DNA of 64,000 bases from Octopus vulgaris (GCA_951406725.2 OX597818.1:134726001-134790000), one strand, 5' to 3'. Counted from the first letter of the stretch, positions 12,995 through 26,187 are shown. The notes: generated by a model not told the origin, from the letters alone. Numbers and translations are program-made.

Positions 12995-13547
12995 TATCAC
13001 ATATAAGGAGACATAATTATTTATAATGATTTCTGATGAAAATTACAAGATAAAAATTGTTGCCTTCATACCGGATAAAAAAATACTGAGATGTTGTGAC
13101 TGCCACATGACCCTCACGAGTTGTACTAAATGTAAAGTTGGTGTTTTATTGATTTCCATACAACATAAAACTAACCACACATACACACACATAAACATGA
13201 TGTAATCTTAGTTTTACTGTTTCTATTGTTTTTTGCTTTGATTTCATTTATTTGGTTTTGTCCTAAATTGTCAAATAAAATTTTGCTTTTTTGTACTTAT
13301 ATATGACCAGCAAAGGAAACTTTGAAAAGAAAACCTATGTATACGTTTTTCTACTTCTGTATGAAGTTCTAAAAATATTTTTTTCAGTATTACAATACGT
13401 ATTATGATATGACACCCAAGAACTAAGATAAAACGGATTCTGTTAAGTGGTGCTCAAAAACGAAAATTAACAAACAAGAAACAAGAGAAGACTTTGGAAT
13501 TAGAGCACAAACCTGCAAAGTTGACTAATTTCTTCACAAAAGATCCA

Positions 13548-13930
13548 CGTGTGGTAAGTAGCTTGTTTACCAGCCACATGGTTCCGGGTTCAGTCCCACT
13601 GTGTGGCACCTTGGGCAAGTGTCTTCTACTATAGCCTCGGGCTGACCAAAGCCTTGTGAGTGGATTTCGTAGACAGAAACTGAAAGAAGCCCATCGTATA
13701 TATGTATATATATATGTATGTGTGTGTGTGTGTTTGTGTGTCTGTGTCTGTGTTTGTCCCCCTAGCATGTGTTTATGTCCCCGTTACTTAGCGGTTCAGC
13801 AAAAGAGACCGATAGAATAAGTACTGGGCTTACAAAAGAATAAGTCCCGGGTTCGAGTTGCTCGATTAAAGGCGGTGCTCCAGCATGGCCGCAGTCAAAT
13901 GACTGAAACAAGTAAAAGAGTAAAGAGAGT
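13548..13930 (+). mobile_element. SINE family A
   Basis: Matches 523-936. Confidence 0.85.
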
Positions 13931-14154
13931 AACATCAACATGATGATGATGATGCACAGATTCTGAGTCAAAAATCAATCTTCGACTTTGGAAGTCAACT
14001 CAAATATGGCAAATACCTCTTTGATCACTCCAGAATCAAACTATGAGGACATCAGAATCATCGAGGCATCACAAGCATGGCCATCTAGCACAAGTCTCAT
14101 AACTAATCTGAATGATCTCATTTTGCCTGTAAATTCTCATGATACTGATACCTC

Positions 14155-14572
14155 TACTCTCTCTCTTTTCTCTTTTACTTGTTTCAGTCATTTGACTGCG
14201 GCCATGCTGGAGCACTGCCTTTAGTCGAGCAAATCGACCCGGGACTTATTCTTTGTAAGCCCAGTACATATTCTATCGGTCTCTTTTGCCGAACCGCTAA
14301 GTGACGGGGACGTAAACACACCAGCATTGGTTGTCAAGCAATGCTAGGGGGACAAACACAGACACACAAACATATATACACACACTTATATATATATATA
14401 CATATATACGACAGGCTTCTTTCAGTTTCCGTCTACCAAATCAACTCACAAGGCATTGGTCGACCTGGGGCTATAGCAGAAGACACTTGCCCAAGATGCC
14501 ACGCAGTGGGACTGAACCCGGAACCATGTGGTTGGTTAGCAAGCTACTTACCACACAGCCACTCCTGCGCCT
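14155..14572 (-). mobile_element. SINE family A (inverted relative to 13548-13930)
   Basis: Full-length reverse complement copy. Confidence 0.85.
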
Positions 14573-15091
14573 ATGCAAATGAAATAATTAATTCTGTAAA
14601 ATATGAAGAAAATCGCAATTTGGCAGAAGATCCAGGGTTGTGGTTTGATTTTTCTGCTGATGATGTGGACCCAGTAATTGTCAACACCACAATGGGCCAT
14701 TTGATAAGTCTTATCATCACTTTACTAGCAGTAAGGTATTTGTTCACAGAAGCTCTTTGTTGACACAAAAGCCAATGGTGAGAAATAAGAGAAAGAATGG
14801 TTACTGTATTCACCATCAACAGGATCAGTTTATTGCTTTGCTTGTAAATTGTTTGCTCCTAAATATTCCACGAATTTTGTTTTGAGAAAAGGGTTCAGTG
14901 ATTGACGAAATACCATTGTGATTGACGAAATACCATTGTGATTGATAATCATAAGAAAAGCACCACTCATCTAGACTTCTTGCTAACTTATTTAACTCAC
15001 AGACAAGGTGCCAGGTTGAGGTCACAATTGGAGAGGCAAATCCAAGAATGTGATTACTGGGAACATGTCTTGAGGTGTGTCATAGCTGTGA

Positions 15092-15502
15092 CACTACTAT
15101 ATGGCTCAGAAACCTGGACGTTATCAAAGAAGCTTGAGAGGCAGTTGGATGGAACCTACACTCACCTCCTTATGAGAGCTCAAAATCTCTCGTGGAAGCG
15201 CCATCCAACCAAAATGCAAATATATGGGAAACTACCATCTGTGTCATCTCTTGTGAAAGGTAGGAGAGTCCAGTTTGCTGGACATTGTTGTAGAGCTGAA
15301 AAAGTAATTTCTACTCTTCTCCTCTGGAAGCCATCTACTCGCAATACCAGAGGGCGCACACTCTCCTACCCTGATGTAATCTCCAGGGATACAGGCATCC
15401 AGCAACAGGACCTCCATAATGCCATGATGGACCGTGAAGTCTGGCGTAGCATGGTAAATTCCATTGTCTCGACCAAGGTCGAACAATGATGAAATGATGA
15501 TG
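15092..15502 (+). mobile_element. 5'-truncated RTE-clade LINE (family RTE-1) with 10-bp TSD
   Basis: LLYGSETWTL...VQFAGHCCR...DREVWRSMV* then (TGA)n tail. TSD atagctgtga at 15082-15091 and 15503-15512. Confidence 0.9.
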
Positions 15503-15859
15503 ATAGCTGTGATTTGTACATTTGCTGTGAAGAGGCTGTTAATTGCTTCGCTACAGTACCGTTACTCTATTACCTTTTTTTCAGCCTCAATCTACAGGTG
15601 GAAAATTCTTAAAGGTTGTATTAAAAATGAAAGTTCTTTGGTTAATGAATTATGCACTGTAAATATGTTTGCACCATAAGCTTCCAGTTTAGAAAGACCT
15701 TAATTATTTAAGGGGACAATATAGGATGAAGACACGTACACAATTGGTAAGCAAAGATGTTCTGATAATGGTTATTCAGATAGTGTTTTATTCAATAAGT
15801 GTAGAAACATGTTTAATTACAGTAACCGAATGGAGATTTACGGTATTTGTGTGTGTGTG

Positions 15860-16097
15860 TGGCAGCGAGCTGGCAGAATCGTTAGCACACAGGGCGAAAT
15901 GCTGAGCGGTATTTCGTCTGCCATTACGTTGTGAGTTCAAATTCCGCCGAGGTCGACTTTGCCTTTCATCCTTTCGGGGTCGATAAATTAAGTACCAGTT
16001 ACGCACTGGGGTCGATGTATTCGACTTAGCACCTATGTCTGTCCTTGCTTGTCCGCTCTATGTTTAGCCCCTTGTAGGTAATAAAGAAATAGGTATT
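15860..16097 (+). mobile_element. SINE family C
   Basis: Matches the 7765 array unit. Confidence 0.8.
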
Positions 16098-16387
16098 TGT
16101 GTGTGTGTGTTGCTACTGTGATGGGTGTGTGTGTTGCTACTGTAGTGGGTGTGTGTGTACTTGTCTGAGAGTTGACATTATCTATATAACTAATTTTAAA
16201 TTTAAACACGCTTTGTAAATGTTCTATAGTAATAAGAGGCTATTCTGTTGAATGACCTACTGGACAAAATGCTTATATTATTCATAAATGTTTCATTATG
16301 ATAAGCGAAATTTGAGGTAGTGTATATGCATTGTAGTATTTTTATTTGGTTTCTTCAAAGATAAATATTTCCTTTTTTATATAAAGA

Positions 16388-16734
16388 CTAGCAGTATCTC
16401 CCGGCGTTGCTCGGGTTTGTATAAGGGAAATAACTATATAAGCATTTTTAAAGAGTTACTTCCCTTATAGATGCCAATTCGGGCTTTCTTAGCCATTTCT
16501 GTTTTGGTGTCTTCAAGCCATGAAGTCGTTGTTCTAAAAGAACGCTGGTCTCCTTGACAACGCTTTACGACGTTGATTTCCTTACACTCCCTTCCCCACA
16601 GCTTCACGAGGGAGGGAAGAAGGGGGAGAAGCAAACAGGTGCAGGTGTGACCATGGACGCCAACTGTGGGAGTAGTTAGGAATCTAAATCGAAGGGGACA
16701 GACACTCACACAACTACAGTTTTATATATATAGA
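16388..16734 (-). mobile_element. Non-autonomous Helitron
   Basis: The minus strand starts TCTATATATAT and ends cccgagcaacgccgggagatactgCTAG, inserted between A and T with no TSD. Confidence 0.85.
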
Positions 16735-17761
16735 TATATTTAAGCTTATATCTATATAACAAAAAAAAAAAAAAGAAAAAATAACTATTATCAAATTTGT
16801 TCAAACTATAATTTTTAGGTTTAAGTCTTCAAGAATTCAAGATCTTTTTGGAAGTTATCTAATTGTTGGGCATTCATATTTTGAGACCATTTTTAAATAC
16901 TTGATCTGATTGCTTTACAAATGCAAAATACAACAAACCATGAACTCATAGATTTTCCATCATTGCATCAAAAAACATTTCACATCATTTTTTTTCTTTA
17001 CCTATAAAGTGTTATTAAAAAGCAAGTAATGATCATTAGGATATTAATGATTAATTAAAATATAATTTTTAGTGGAATATAATGCTTTTTTGGAATACAT
17101 TTTGATTATTGTATGTAAAATTCAAAATAGTAAATTTATGTATTTCTTTGTTGTTTACATTATTGAAACCATTAATAGCAGGGTCTCCAGTGCTGGATTT
17201 ACCCATTAAGCAAAATTAGCAGGTGCTTAGGGCATCAAGGAAAATGGAAAATGGTAAATGGTTTACGACAAAAAAGAAGTCACTTTAATTTTTGCTAAAA
17301 TAATATTCAAAGTGATTGGAAATATAATTTCGAAGTGTTCATGGTGTCATAATGAGAATCTGATCAAAGACTTTGCAATTGAAAAAAAAAATAGAAAACT
17401 TTCCAAATATAAATAAAGTGGAAGTACACAAATATAAATATTATTTCCCATCTTACTGTTAGTTTTGTTTCATTTTGAAAAATAAAAATGAATTTATGGT
17501 TTATTATTGCAGTCATGCACAAAATGACAGCTTCCAAATCCTGTTTCCTGACTGGGTAAAAATTATCAAAGTTTAAACCTCTATAACTTTTTTAAAACAT
17601 TTTTCTGGAAAAAGTGAAGTAACTCCAGCAATTCAGCTTGGAAAAGTATATCATTGTGCCAAATTCTAAAATTTTCTATCAACTTTAATTTTTGAAATGC
17701 TAGCAGCCAAACTAACTTCTTTCAGTTCACAGGAGATATGATGATGTTTCACTTGTACTCC

Positions 17762-18082
17762 AAGCGTCGAGCTTACGATCGCGAGGTTGTGAGCTTGAAT
17801 CCCGGACCGGGCTGCGTGTTGTATTCTTGAGCAAGGCACTTTATTTCACGTTGCTCCAGTTCACTCAGCTGTAGAAATGAGTTGCGACGTCACTGGTGCC
17901 AAGCTGTATCGACCTTTGTCTTTCCCTTGGATAACACTGGTGGCGTGGAGAGGGGAGGCTGGTATGCATGGGCGACTGCTGGTCTTCCATTAACAACCTT
18001 GCCCGGACTTGTGTCTAGGAGGGTAACTTTCTAGGTGCAATCCATGGTCATTCATGACCGAAGGGGGTCTTTATCCTCTTTA
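17762..18082 (+). mobile_element. tRNA-SINE family D (CORE-like)
   Basis: tRNA-like head (gcttgaatcccgg), cttgagcaaggcacttta core, short-repeat tail. Confidence 0.6.
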
Positions 18083-18899
18083 CTCCATGTATAAAGGTAA
18101 ACTGAAGTAGACAACTTAATCGTGAAGGGAAGCAGTTTTAAGAGAACAAATACATTAATGTAAGTTCCATGTTACCTTCTCCAGGCCCATTGTAGGATTT
18201 GAACTCAGCACTGCAAGTTAACAAAGCATGTATTTATTGTAAAAGTATGCGGGGGGGTTGAAGCTGAAACCGTATCTGGTTATAATGTGAACTAATACAA
18301 AGATGGACTTAAGGAACCAATATTTTTCACCCTATGTCCATTAGACATATTAAATATTGAGAAGCGATATTAAGTGGAGAACATTTGTCATATGTTTGTA
18401 ATTATCCATAATTATTTAAGGGAATTCATCTTTACTTCCATAAGCATTGGTACTTGATGGTCAGGAAACTATAACAATTGTTATGAAAAAGTTATGGGGA
18501 ATTTGTTTTCACTTCCCAAGTTAAAACAAGCATAAATAAATATTATGTTGGACTAAAAAAAACTACCCTTTCTAATAGCGATCATTATCTCATTAAGTGT
18601 TCACTAATATTCTAAAAATAGCTGCATTTAAATATAATTTCCTTTTCAGCTGAAAAACAAACACAGCTTTTATCACAATGTATCTGACCTAGTAAAAACA
18701 AATATCTTTGCCTCTTTTTGTTCAGAATACAAAGAGAGTGGAGTAGGTAAGCTGAAGGCTGAGTGATTTGGGTACAAAATAAAAATGTTAATTCTAACTT
18801 AACTATTGTTATAATTCTCTTTCTCTACTTTAGTCCCACAGAATATTGAGTCCAATGTTTTACATAATCTGTTTACTTATGTTCTCCTATGGCTACATA

Positions 18900-19283
18900 G
18901 GAGCACTCCGTCGATTACGACGATGAGGGTCCCAGCTGATCCGAATCAATGGAACAGCCTGCTCGTGAAATTAACGTGTAAGTGGCTGAGCACTCCACAG
19001 ACACGTGCACCCTTAACGTAGTTCTCGAGGAGATTCAGCGTGACACAGAGCGTGACAAGGCCGGCCCTTTGAAATACAGGTACAACAGAAACAGGAAGTA
19101 AGAGTGAGAGAAAGTTGTGGTGAAAGAGTACAGCAGGGATCACCACCATCCCCTTCCAGAGCATCGTGGAGCTTTTTAGGTGTTTTCGCTCAATAAACAC
19201 TCACAACGCCCGGTCTGGGAATCGAAACCGCGATACTATGACCGCGAGTCCGCTGCCCTAACCACTGGGCCATTGCGCCTCCA
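18900..19283 (-). mobile_element. tRNA-derived SINE family B
   Basis: Reverse complement of tggaggcgcaatggcccagtggttagggcagcggactcgcgg...ggtttcgattccc. Confidence 0.85.
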
Positions 19284-19467
19284 CATACAAACAGCTTATA
19301 CTCAACATGGAGCCACATTTCATCATGGAGCTCGGAGAATGCTAGATTATTATTGTGATAAAGATCTGTATATTACTAAACCAGCCAAATTCCAAGCCTT
19401 TGGGGCAAGAAAATGGGGACTGAAAAAATACAAGCAAAGGCACTACAAACAAATATTTTAATTTTAA

Positions 19468-19850
19468 CCGAGTGGCTGTGTGGTAAGTAGCTTGTTTACC
19501 AACCACATGGTTCCGGGTTCAGTCCCACTGCGTGGCACCTTGGGCAAGTGTCTTCTACTATAGCCTCGGGCCGACCAAAGCCTTGTGAGTGGATTTGGTA
19601 GATGGAAACTGAAAGAAGCCTGTCGTATATATGTATATATATATATATATGCGTGTGTGTGTTTGTACCCCTAGCATTGCTTGACAACCGATGCTGGTGT
19701 GTTTACGTCCCCGTTACTTAGCGGTTCGGCAAAACAGACCGATAGAATAAGTACTGGGCTTACAAAGAATAAGTCCCGGGGTCGAGTTGCTCGACTAAAG
19801 GTGGTGCTCCAGCATGGCCGAAGTCAAATGACTGAAACAAGTAAAAGAGT
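19468..19850 (+). mobile_element. SINE family A
   Basis: Matches 523-936. Confidence 0.85.
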
Positions 19851-20507
19851 AACTCTTCCTACTTGTCTGATTTCCAAACTGAACAAAGAAACGTTCCCAT
19901 AAGTTTAAAATTCGAAATTACACTAACGAGGCCTGCGACGTTGAAACACATATGTAATTGTGGACAAAATTAAAATGTTAGTGATTGACATATTTTCCTC
20001 ATCGTCCTTGTGACCATAAAAGGAATTATCAACATCACCACCATCATCATCATCGTGTAACTTGTTCAACCTGTATTCATTTCATCGACCACGAAAGGGT
20101 TAAAGACAAAGTCGACCTCAGCAGAATTTGAACTCAGAAAGTAAAATCAGAAGAAATGCCACTAAACTGTTTCATTTAGCTGACAAGAATGATCCCAATG
20201 ATCCCAGTATTTCGTTCATTTCAGGGATTTTTATTGGGTACGTAAGTTGCCTTTTTCAAACACAATGATATTTCTTTGATTCTCAGTGTTGTAGGCCTAC
20301 TGACTGTTTGAACCATGCATCTGCCACTACACCACAGAGCATCAGGAAACCACAGTTCTCCAAATTCACTGCTTCAATCTATTACATCCCTGTAACATAG
20401 CGGTTCAGCAAACGAAACAATGTGAATGGGAAACAAGCTTCTTACCACACAGCCATGCCGGCGCATGTATATATATATATGTGTGTATATATGTGTGTAT
20501 ATATATG

Positions 20508-20800
20508 TGGAGGTGCAATGGCCCAGTGGTTAGGGCAGCGGACTCGCGGTCGGAGGATCGCGGTTTCGATTCCCAGACCAGGCGTTGTGTGTGTTTATTG
20601 TGCGAAAACACCTAAAAGCTCCATGAGGCTCCGGCAGGGGGTGGTGATCCCTGCTGTACTCTTTCACCACTCTTTCTCTCACTCTTTCTTCTGTTGGCCT
20701 GCTCGCTTAGCCAGCGGGGTGGCTAAAACAATGCAAACGCATTGTGACCAGCGATGTGTAACAACATCTGATGGTCTGGTCGGTCACGAAATAAATAAAA
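20508..20800 (+). mobile_element. SINE family B variant with a different 3' tail
   Basis: Family B head to ~20690, then unrelated tail ending gaaataaataaaaa. Confidence 0.7.
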
Positions 20801-21037
20801 AAATATATGTGTGTATACACACACACACACACATGCACACACACACACACATGCACACACACACACACACACATGCACACACACATGCACACACATGCAC
20901 TCACACACATATATAGTCCCACTGCGTGGCACCTTGGGCAGGTGTCTTTTGCTATAGCCTTGGGCCGACCAACGCTTTGCGAGTGGATATAGTAGAGGGA
21001 AACTGAAAGAAGCCCATCATATATACCATATTTATGT

Positions 21038-21081
<44 letters not shown>

Positions 21082-21385
21082 CTTCATATTGTGTTTGTCC
21101 CCCATCACTGCTTGACAACAGGTGTTGTTGGTTTTATGTTCCCGTAACTTAGTGGTTCGGCAAAAGAGACTGCTAAAATAAGTACCAAGCTTAACAAAAA
21201 ATTAAGTACTACTAAAAAAAATTCAACACATTGCCACAGAATGGCCACAATCTAGTGACTGAAACACATAGAAGATGAAAGATACACACATGCACACACA
21301 CACACACATACACACACACATGCACACACACACATACACACACACATGCGTGGTCGCATGCACACACACACATGCATGGTCGCGT

Positions 21386-21464
<79 letters not shown>

Positions 21465-21975
21465 CACACACACTCATGCCTGTACATAAATGTTAAAGAC
21501 TTCTAATTTTCCCGAGTTCCGATCTAAGCACCCTGTTTGTTTTTCTTATTTCATCATGTATTTATTTTTATAGTACCTTATACACTTACATACATAAAGT
21601 ACACTCAGCCCACACACATGCAGGCACTAGTGATCCACATAATTGAGATATCTTGTGGATCTAAAAATAGATCAGATATAAAAAAATAATAAAGAATATC
21701 AGTAAAATGTATCCAAAAATAGATCAAAATAGTCAGTCTATAATAGTGTAATGTGACACATGGCCATCTGGTATGTGACAGATGCATGGTTCAAGTGCAT
21801 ATATATATAGATTAGATACATAGATATTAGGTCATCTCATAAATAATGCGGGTTGTTTTATACTTCTTTTATTCTTCAAAATTAAAATAAACAAAGTTCT
21901 TTTTTAATCTGAAATAAACTCTCCTTCATGTTCTACAATGGTCTTCCATCTATCTGGTAGACTTCCAAGTATGGA

Positions 21976-22362
21976 TGGAGGCGCAATGGCCCAGTGGTTA
22001 GGGCAGCGGACTCGCGGTCATAGGATCGCGGTTTCGATTCCCAGACCGGGCGTTGTGTGTGTTTCTTGAGCGAAAACGCCTAAAAGCTCCACGAGGCTCA
22101 GGCAGGGGATGGTGGTGATCCCTGCTGTACTCTTTCACCACAACTTTCTCTCACTCTTACTTCCTGTTTCTGTTGTACCTTGTATTTCAAAGGGCCAGCC
22201 TTGTCACTCTCTGTGTCACGCTGAATATCCCTGAGAACTACGTTAAGGGTACACGTGTCTGTGGAGTGCTCAGCCACTTACACGTTAATTTCACGAGCAG
22301 GCTGTTCCGTTGATTCGGATCAACCGGAACCCTCATCGTCATAACCGACGGAGTGCTTCCAT
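21976..22362 (+). mobile_element. SINE family B with TSD agacttccaag
   Basis: Full-length copy. Direct repeat at 21959-21969 and 22365-22375. Confidence 0.88.
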
Positions 22363-22725
22363 CCAGACTTCCAAGGCCCCTCTTCCAAAATTCACTTGTC
22401 CATGACGAAAATTACTCCTCCATGTCTGTTCTGACTTTGTCTACAGAATTCATATTTTTTCCGTCCAAATGATTTTAAAGACTGTGGAATGAATGATAAT
22501 CAGATGGGGCAATGTCCAGTGAATATGGTGGGTGGGGCATCGTTTCCTATTCAAGCTGCTTCAGCCTTTGGAATTTCATCCTCACTGTATGTGGCTGAGC
22601 ATTATCCCGATGAAAGAATACCTTTTCTCTTGAAACCAAAGATGATCGTTTTTCTTCTAGTGCTGACTTAAACTACTCAAGCTGCTTACAGTAGATCTCC
22701 TTTGTTATCGTTTGGTTCGGTTTAA

Positions 22726-22944
22726 CCCTTTAGTGTTCAGATTATTCTATCAAACATAATGCTTATTGATTCCCATTGATTTGAATTAATCATGCATTAT
22801 CTCATATCTTCAAGATCTTGATGGTGTAATTACTTAATGTAGAATAACATTGTAGGGTAGGTGTGAGAGCCTGGACGTGGTCAGTTTGAACATAAAACAG
22901 ATTAACTATTTTGGCCGGATATGACCGGTTTAAATACTAAAGGG
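22726..22944. mobile_element. piggyBac-type MITE
   Basis: TTAA|ccctttagt ... actaaaggg|TTAA. Confidence 0.8.
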
Positions 22945-23759
22945 TTAAAAGTTCAAAGTGGACTAAACCTTTCATATCCTTCTTTAGCCTGGGGTGCCGG
23001 TGTTTCTCCTTTCCCTACCCACTGTCTTCAGCACTTGACATTTTTATAGAGAACCCATTTCTCGTTAACGGTCACTATTCAGTCCGAAAAAGGTTCATTC
23101 AGGAGACATGACAGCAAATAAGAGCACACATTCACTCTCTGCACGCAATTAGATTTGGAAAGTTAGTGAGGAACCCATTGACCCAATTTTCTAACTTTTC
23201 CAATGGCACACAGGTGTCAATGAATGGTTGAATGACTAAATCCAAGCTTCTCTGCTAATTCCTTAACATATACAATGGGATTTTGTTCCACCAGGGTTTG
23301 CAAGACGTCCTCGTCAAGCACTACAGATCTTCCAGGACGTAGCTAGTCTTCTAGGCTGTAGTTTCCAGCTCAGAATTTCTGGAACCACCATTGACACTGG
23401 TTTCCACTTATTGCAAGTTGATGCAGATAGTTTATCCCACCTCACTCCAACTTTTAGTTCATGCCAGCCTTTCTTTCTCTCCCCTTTTTACACTGAAAAA
23501 GGGAGAGAAAGAAAGGCTGGCTATGGGTCAGTCGTCTGAGCAGCATGCAGAGGAAAAAGAGGGCGAGGGAGAGAGAGAATGACAGAAAGAAAACAAGGGA
23601 AGGGATGAAGGGTGGAAAAAGGAGAAAGGCTAGAAATAGAAGTATGAGGGCAAGAGAGAGGAAAAAGGAGAAAGAAGATTGGCTAGAAATAGAAGTAAGA
23701 GGGCATGAGAGAGAGAAAAAATGGAGAAAAGGGAAAGGCTAGAAATACAGTCGCACGGA

Positions 23760-25828
23760 CAGTGGCAGCTCATGTATAGGAACTGCGGAACTGCAGCACC
23801 CCCTATTTCCACTCGATATTATTGATACCATTCAATATAATGAGTTCTTTCTTCTTTAATTCTTTCTGTATACTTGTACATTATATAATCTTTAAGCTTA
23901 ATGTCAGTAGCCATCCCCTAGTTTATGAAAATAATACAAAAATCCTTGTATAGAGCTGTGTGCCTCACAGTTCCAGCGACACAGTGTTTGGCTGTTGTGT
24001 GCATGCTCACATGTCCGAGATAGGAAGCTTCACACTAGGGAGGGAGAGCACTGCAAGAACGAAAATGCCGGGTGAAAAGTAGTGTTTCTTTTCGACTCTG
24101 CATGTGTTGTGCTTAAAACGTGCCTATATTCTTGAATGTGATAAAGTGTAGAATTTGATTATTATCCTGCTTCCAGCTTCAATGTTGCTGCCAGGATTTG
24201 AAAAATAGGGCACATTTCACCACCCCTTATTTTGTGATTTAGTGGGGACTTTTGAAAGACAAGGGGCAATTTGTGGCGGTGTTCCATGAACAAATTAACA
24301 GACTACCTGACAGCGGCTAAAATGTGAACCGATCAAGTTTATGTATAAATTTTCTTTTTATATGCTTTTCTTTTATTTTTTTACTTGTTTCAGTCATTTG
24401 ACTGTGACCATGCTAGAGCACCACCTTTAGTTGAGCAAATCGACCCCAGGACTTATTCTTTGTAAGCCTAGTACTTATTCTATCAGTCTCTTTTGCCGAA
24501 CTGCTAAGTGAAGAGGAACCCACCACCTTTTCCGAGCTGCACCATTGTCTCTTGAGACGGACGGACGGATGCCGACGACGACATACTCAAGACACAGAAA
24601 TAGCCACTTTACATTTTGTACAGATGCACTCCAATTTTATTCAAGAAGAGTGCAACATTTTACGTTGCATCAACAACTTATCAAGTTGAGAACAATTATG
24701 GCTATCGAGAGAGTATGATAGCGAACAATAAAAAGCAACTGACAGCCTGTTAATTGAAATGACAGAGTTTAAACTTATGAGACGGGCTAACTCAGGTATT
24801 TTGAAAGATTAAATCATTTGTATTGTATGTGTGTAAAAAGAAACCAGCCTTACACATAACAAATGAAATATTTCGTTGGTGCCTCTACACCGATAAATAG
24901 AAAATTCGCAAACACTCAACTAACCTTTCACACACTTTTCCCTTTCCACACTTTGGCTAGTATTCCCTACACCAATAAACTGTTGGAGTTATGCACACAT
25001 GCATGCACACACTCACATAAATACTTTTATATGTATGCTTTACATTATGGTGTGGACAATCCTTATTTAGAATACAGAAACATTAACTTCTCTTGCCGGA
25101 TTTACTCTAGTACTGCAAAAATATCTTCCTTAAAAACACTTTCAGATATATCTACATGAACATCTGTATACATTCAAGTGTCTCAAGTGTATGTGTCTCA
25201 ACCACTCTGTTATATATATCCTCATATGTTCATATCATCTTGTATCTCAGCATAGATAAAAAACATGTGTGTGTCTATGTGTGTATTTATAGACAAACAC
25301 ACACACTACAAAACACAATATGTCTAAAAAGGTTAGTAATTGGTAGAAACTTTCTATATAAGGAAACAAAGGGGATGTTTCAGTAAAAAAATATAACAAA
25401 AATAAAGCAGTTATACTTTATGTTTAGTGGAAATAGTCAATAGCCTGTTTAATTATAATAAAATTTAAACTACCATATATATATATATGTGGGGTGGGAG
25501 AGGATTTCATTTAATTATAGGACATAAGGAAATTACTTTTTGAAATAAATGAAAAACCCTGGATAATAAAAAAAAAGCATAAACTGCATGCGTGCACGTG
25601 TGTGCCTGTAATTCAAGATGCATTATTTTGTGTTTGGAGTATTGACAGGCTTCTTTCAGTTTCCTTCTACCAAATCTACTCACAAGGCTCTGGTTGGCCT
25701 GAGGCTATAATAGAAGATACTTGCCCAAGGTACCACACAGTCGTTTCCTTTTACACAATATTAAAACAACGGCTAAAAATTTTCTGAAGCAGCCCCCCCC
25801 CACTAATTTTATCTATGAGCCGCCACTG
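23760..25828. mobile_element. ~2.07 kb non-autonomous hAT element with nested SINE fragments
   Basis: TIRs cagtggcagctcat / atgagccgccactg. 8-bp TSD cgcacgga / tgcatgga, differing only by CpG-type changes. Confidence 0.75.
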
Positions 25829-26187
25829 TGCATGGATATATTAAACTTGTAGATCACAGTTTCAATTCTCAGATAGGGTGGTGTGTTGTGTCTAAGATTG
25901 AACTCAGTTTTAATTAGTTTAAACTGACAAGATACCTGCAAGACACTTCATTTCATGTTGCTCCAATATCTTTAACTGAAGAAACAGGTACTCCATCAGT
26001 TACAAGACAAGAGATCCCAGTTAATACAATCAACTGAACAACGTGCTTGTGAAATTAAAAGGCAAGTGGCTGAACACTCCACAGACACAGACCGAATGGA
26101 TTGCAACAACAATCAGGGCATCTCACTTCTGAGTATTGCAAGTAAGATCTTTGCCCGTATCCTTATCATTATATATATATATATATA

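Larger units (their letters stand above)
13425..15640 (+). mobile_element. Fragmented hAT transposase relic (ZMYM1/ZnF-TTF-like), interrupted by SINEs and an RTE
   Basis: Pieces read LSGAQKRK...KLTNFF, DPGLW, SVYCFACKLF...KGFSD, YWEHVLRCVIAVI, TFFSASIYRWKIL. Confidence 0.65.
21827..23470 (-). mobile_element. Mariner transposase relic, interrupted by a SINE and a MITE
   Basis: Minus-strand motifs WVPH, VTVNEKWVLY, FHRDNAQPHT, HPPYSLDIAPSDYH. TIR-like end ttaggtcatctcataaataatgcgg next to TA. Confidence 0.8.

Noticed and set aside
14938-15489. 183-aa ORF as a chimeric gene
   Set aside because: It is a chance in-frame fusion of a hAT relic with a truncated RTE insertion bounded by a TSD.
18726-18746. 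21-nt AG/GT micro-exon candidate on the plus strand
   Set aside because: It is isolated, with no supporting gene model nearby.
21976-22050. tRNA genes at SINE heads (families A-D)
   Set aside because: A/B boxes are present but there is no complete cloverleaf, and they are always followed by a SINE body and tail.
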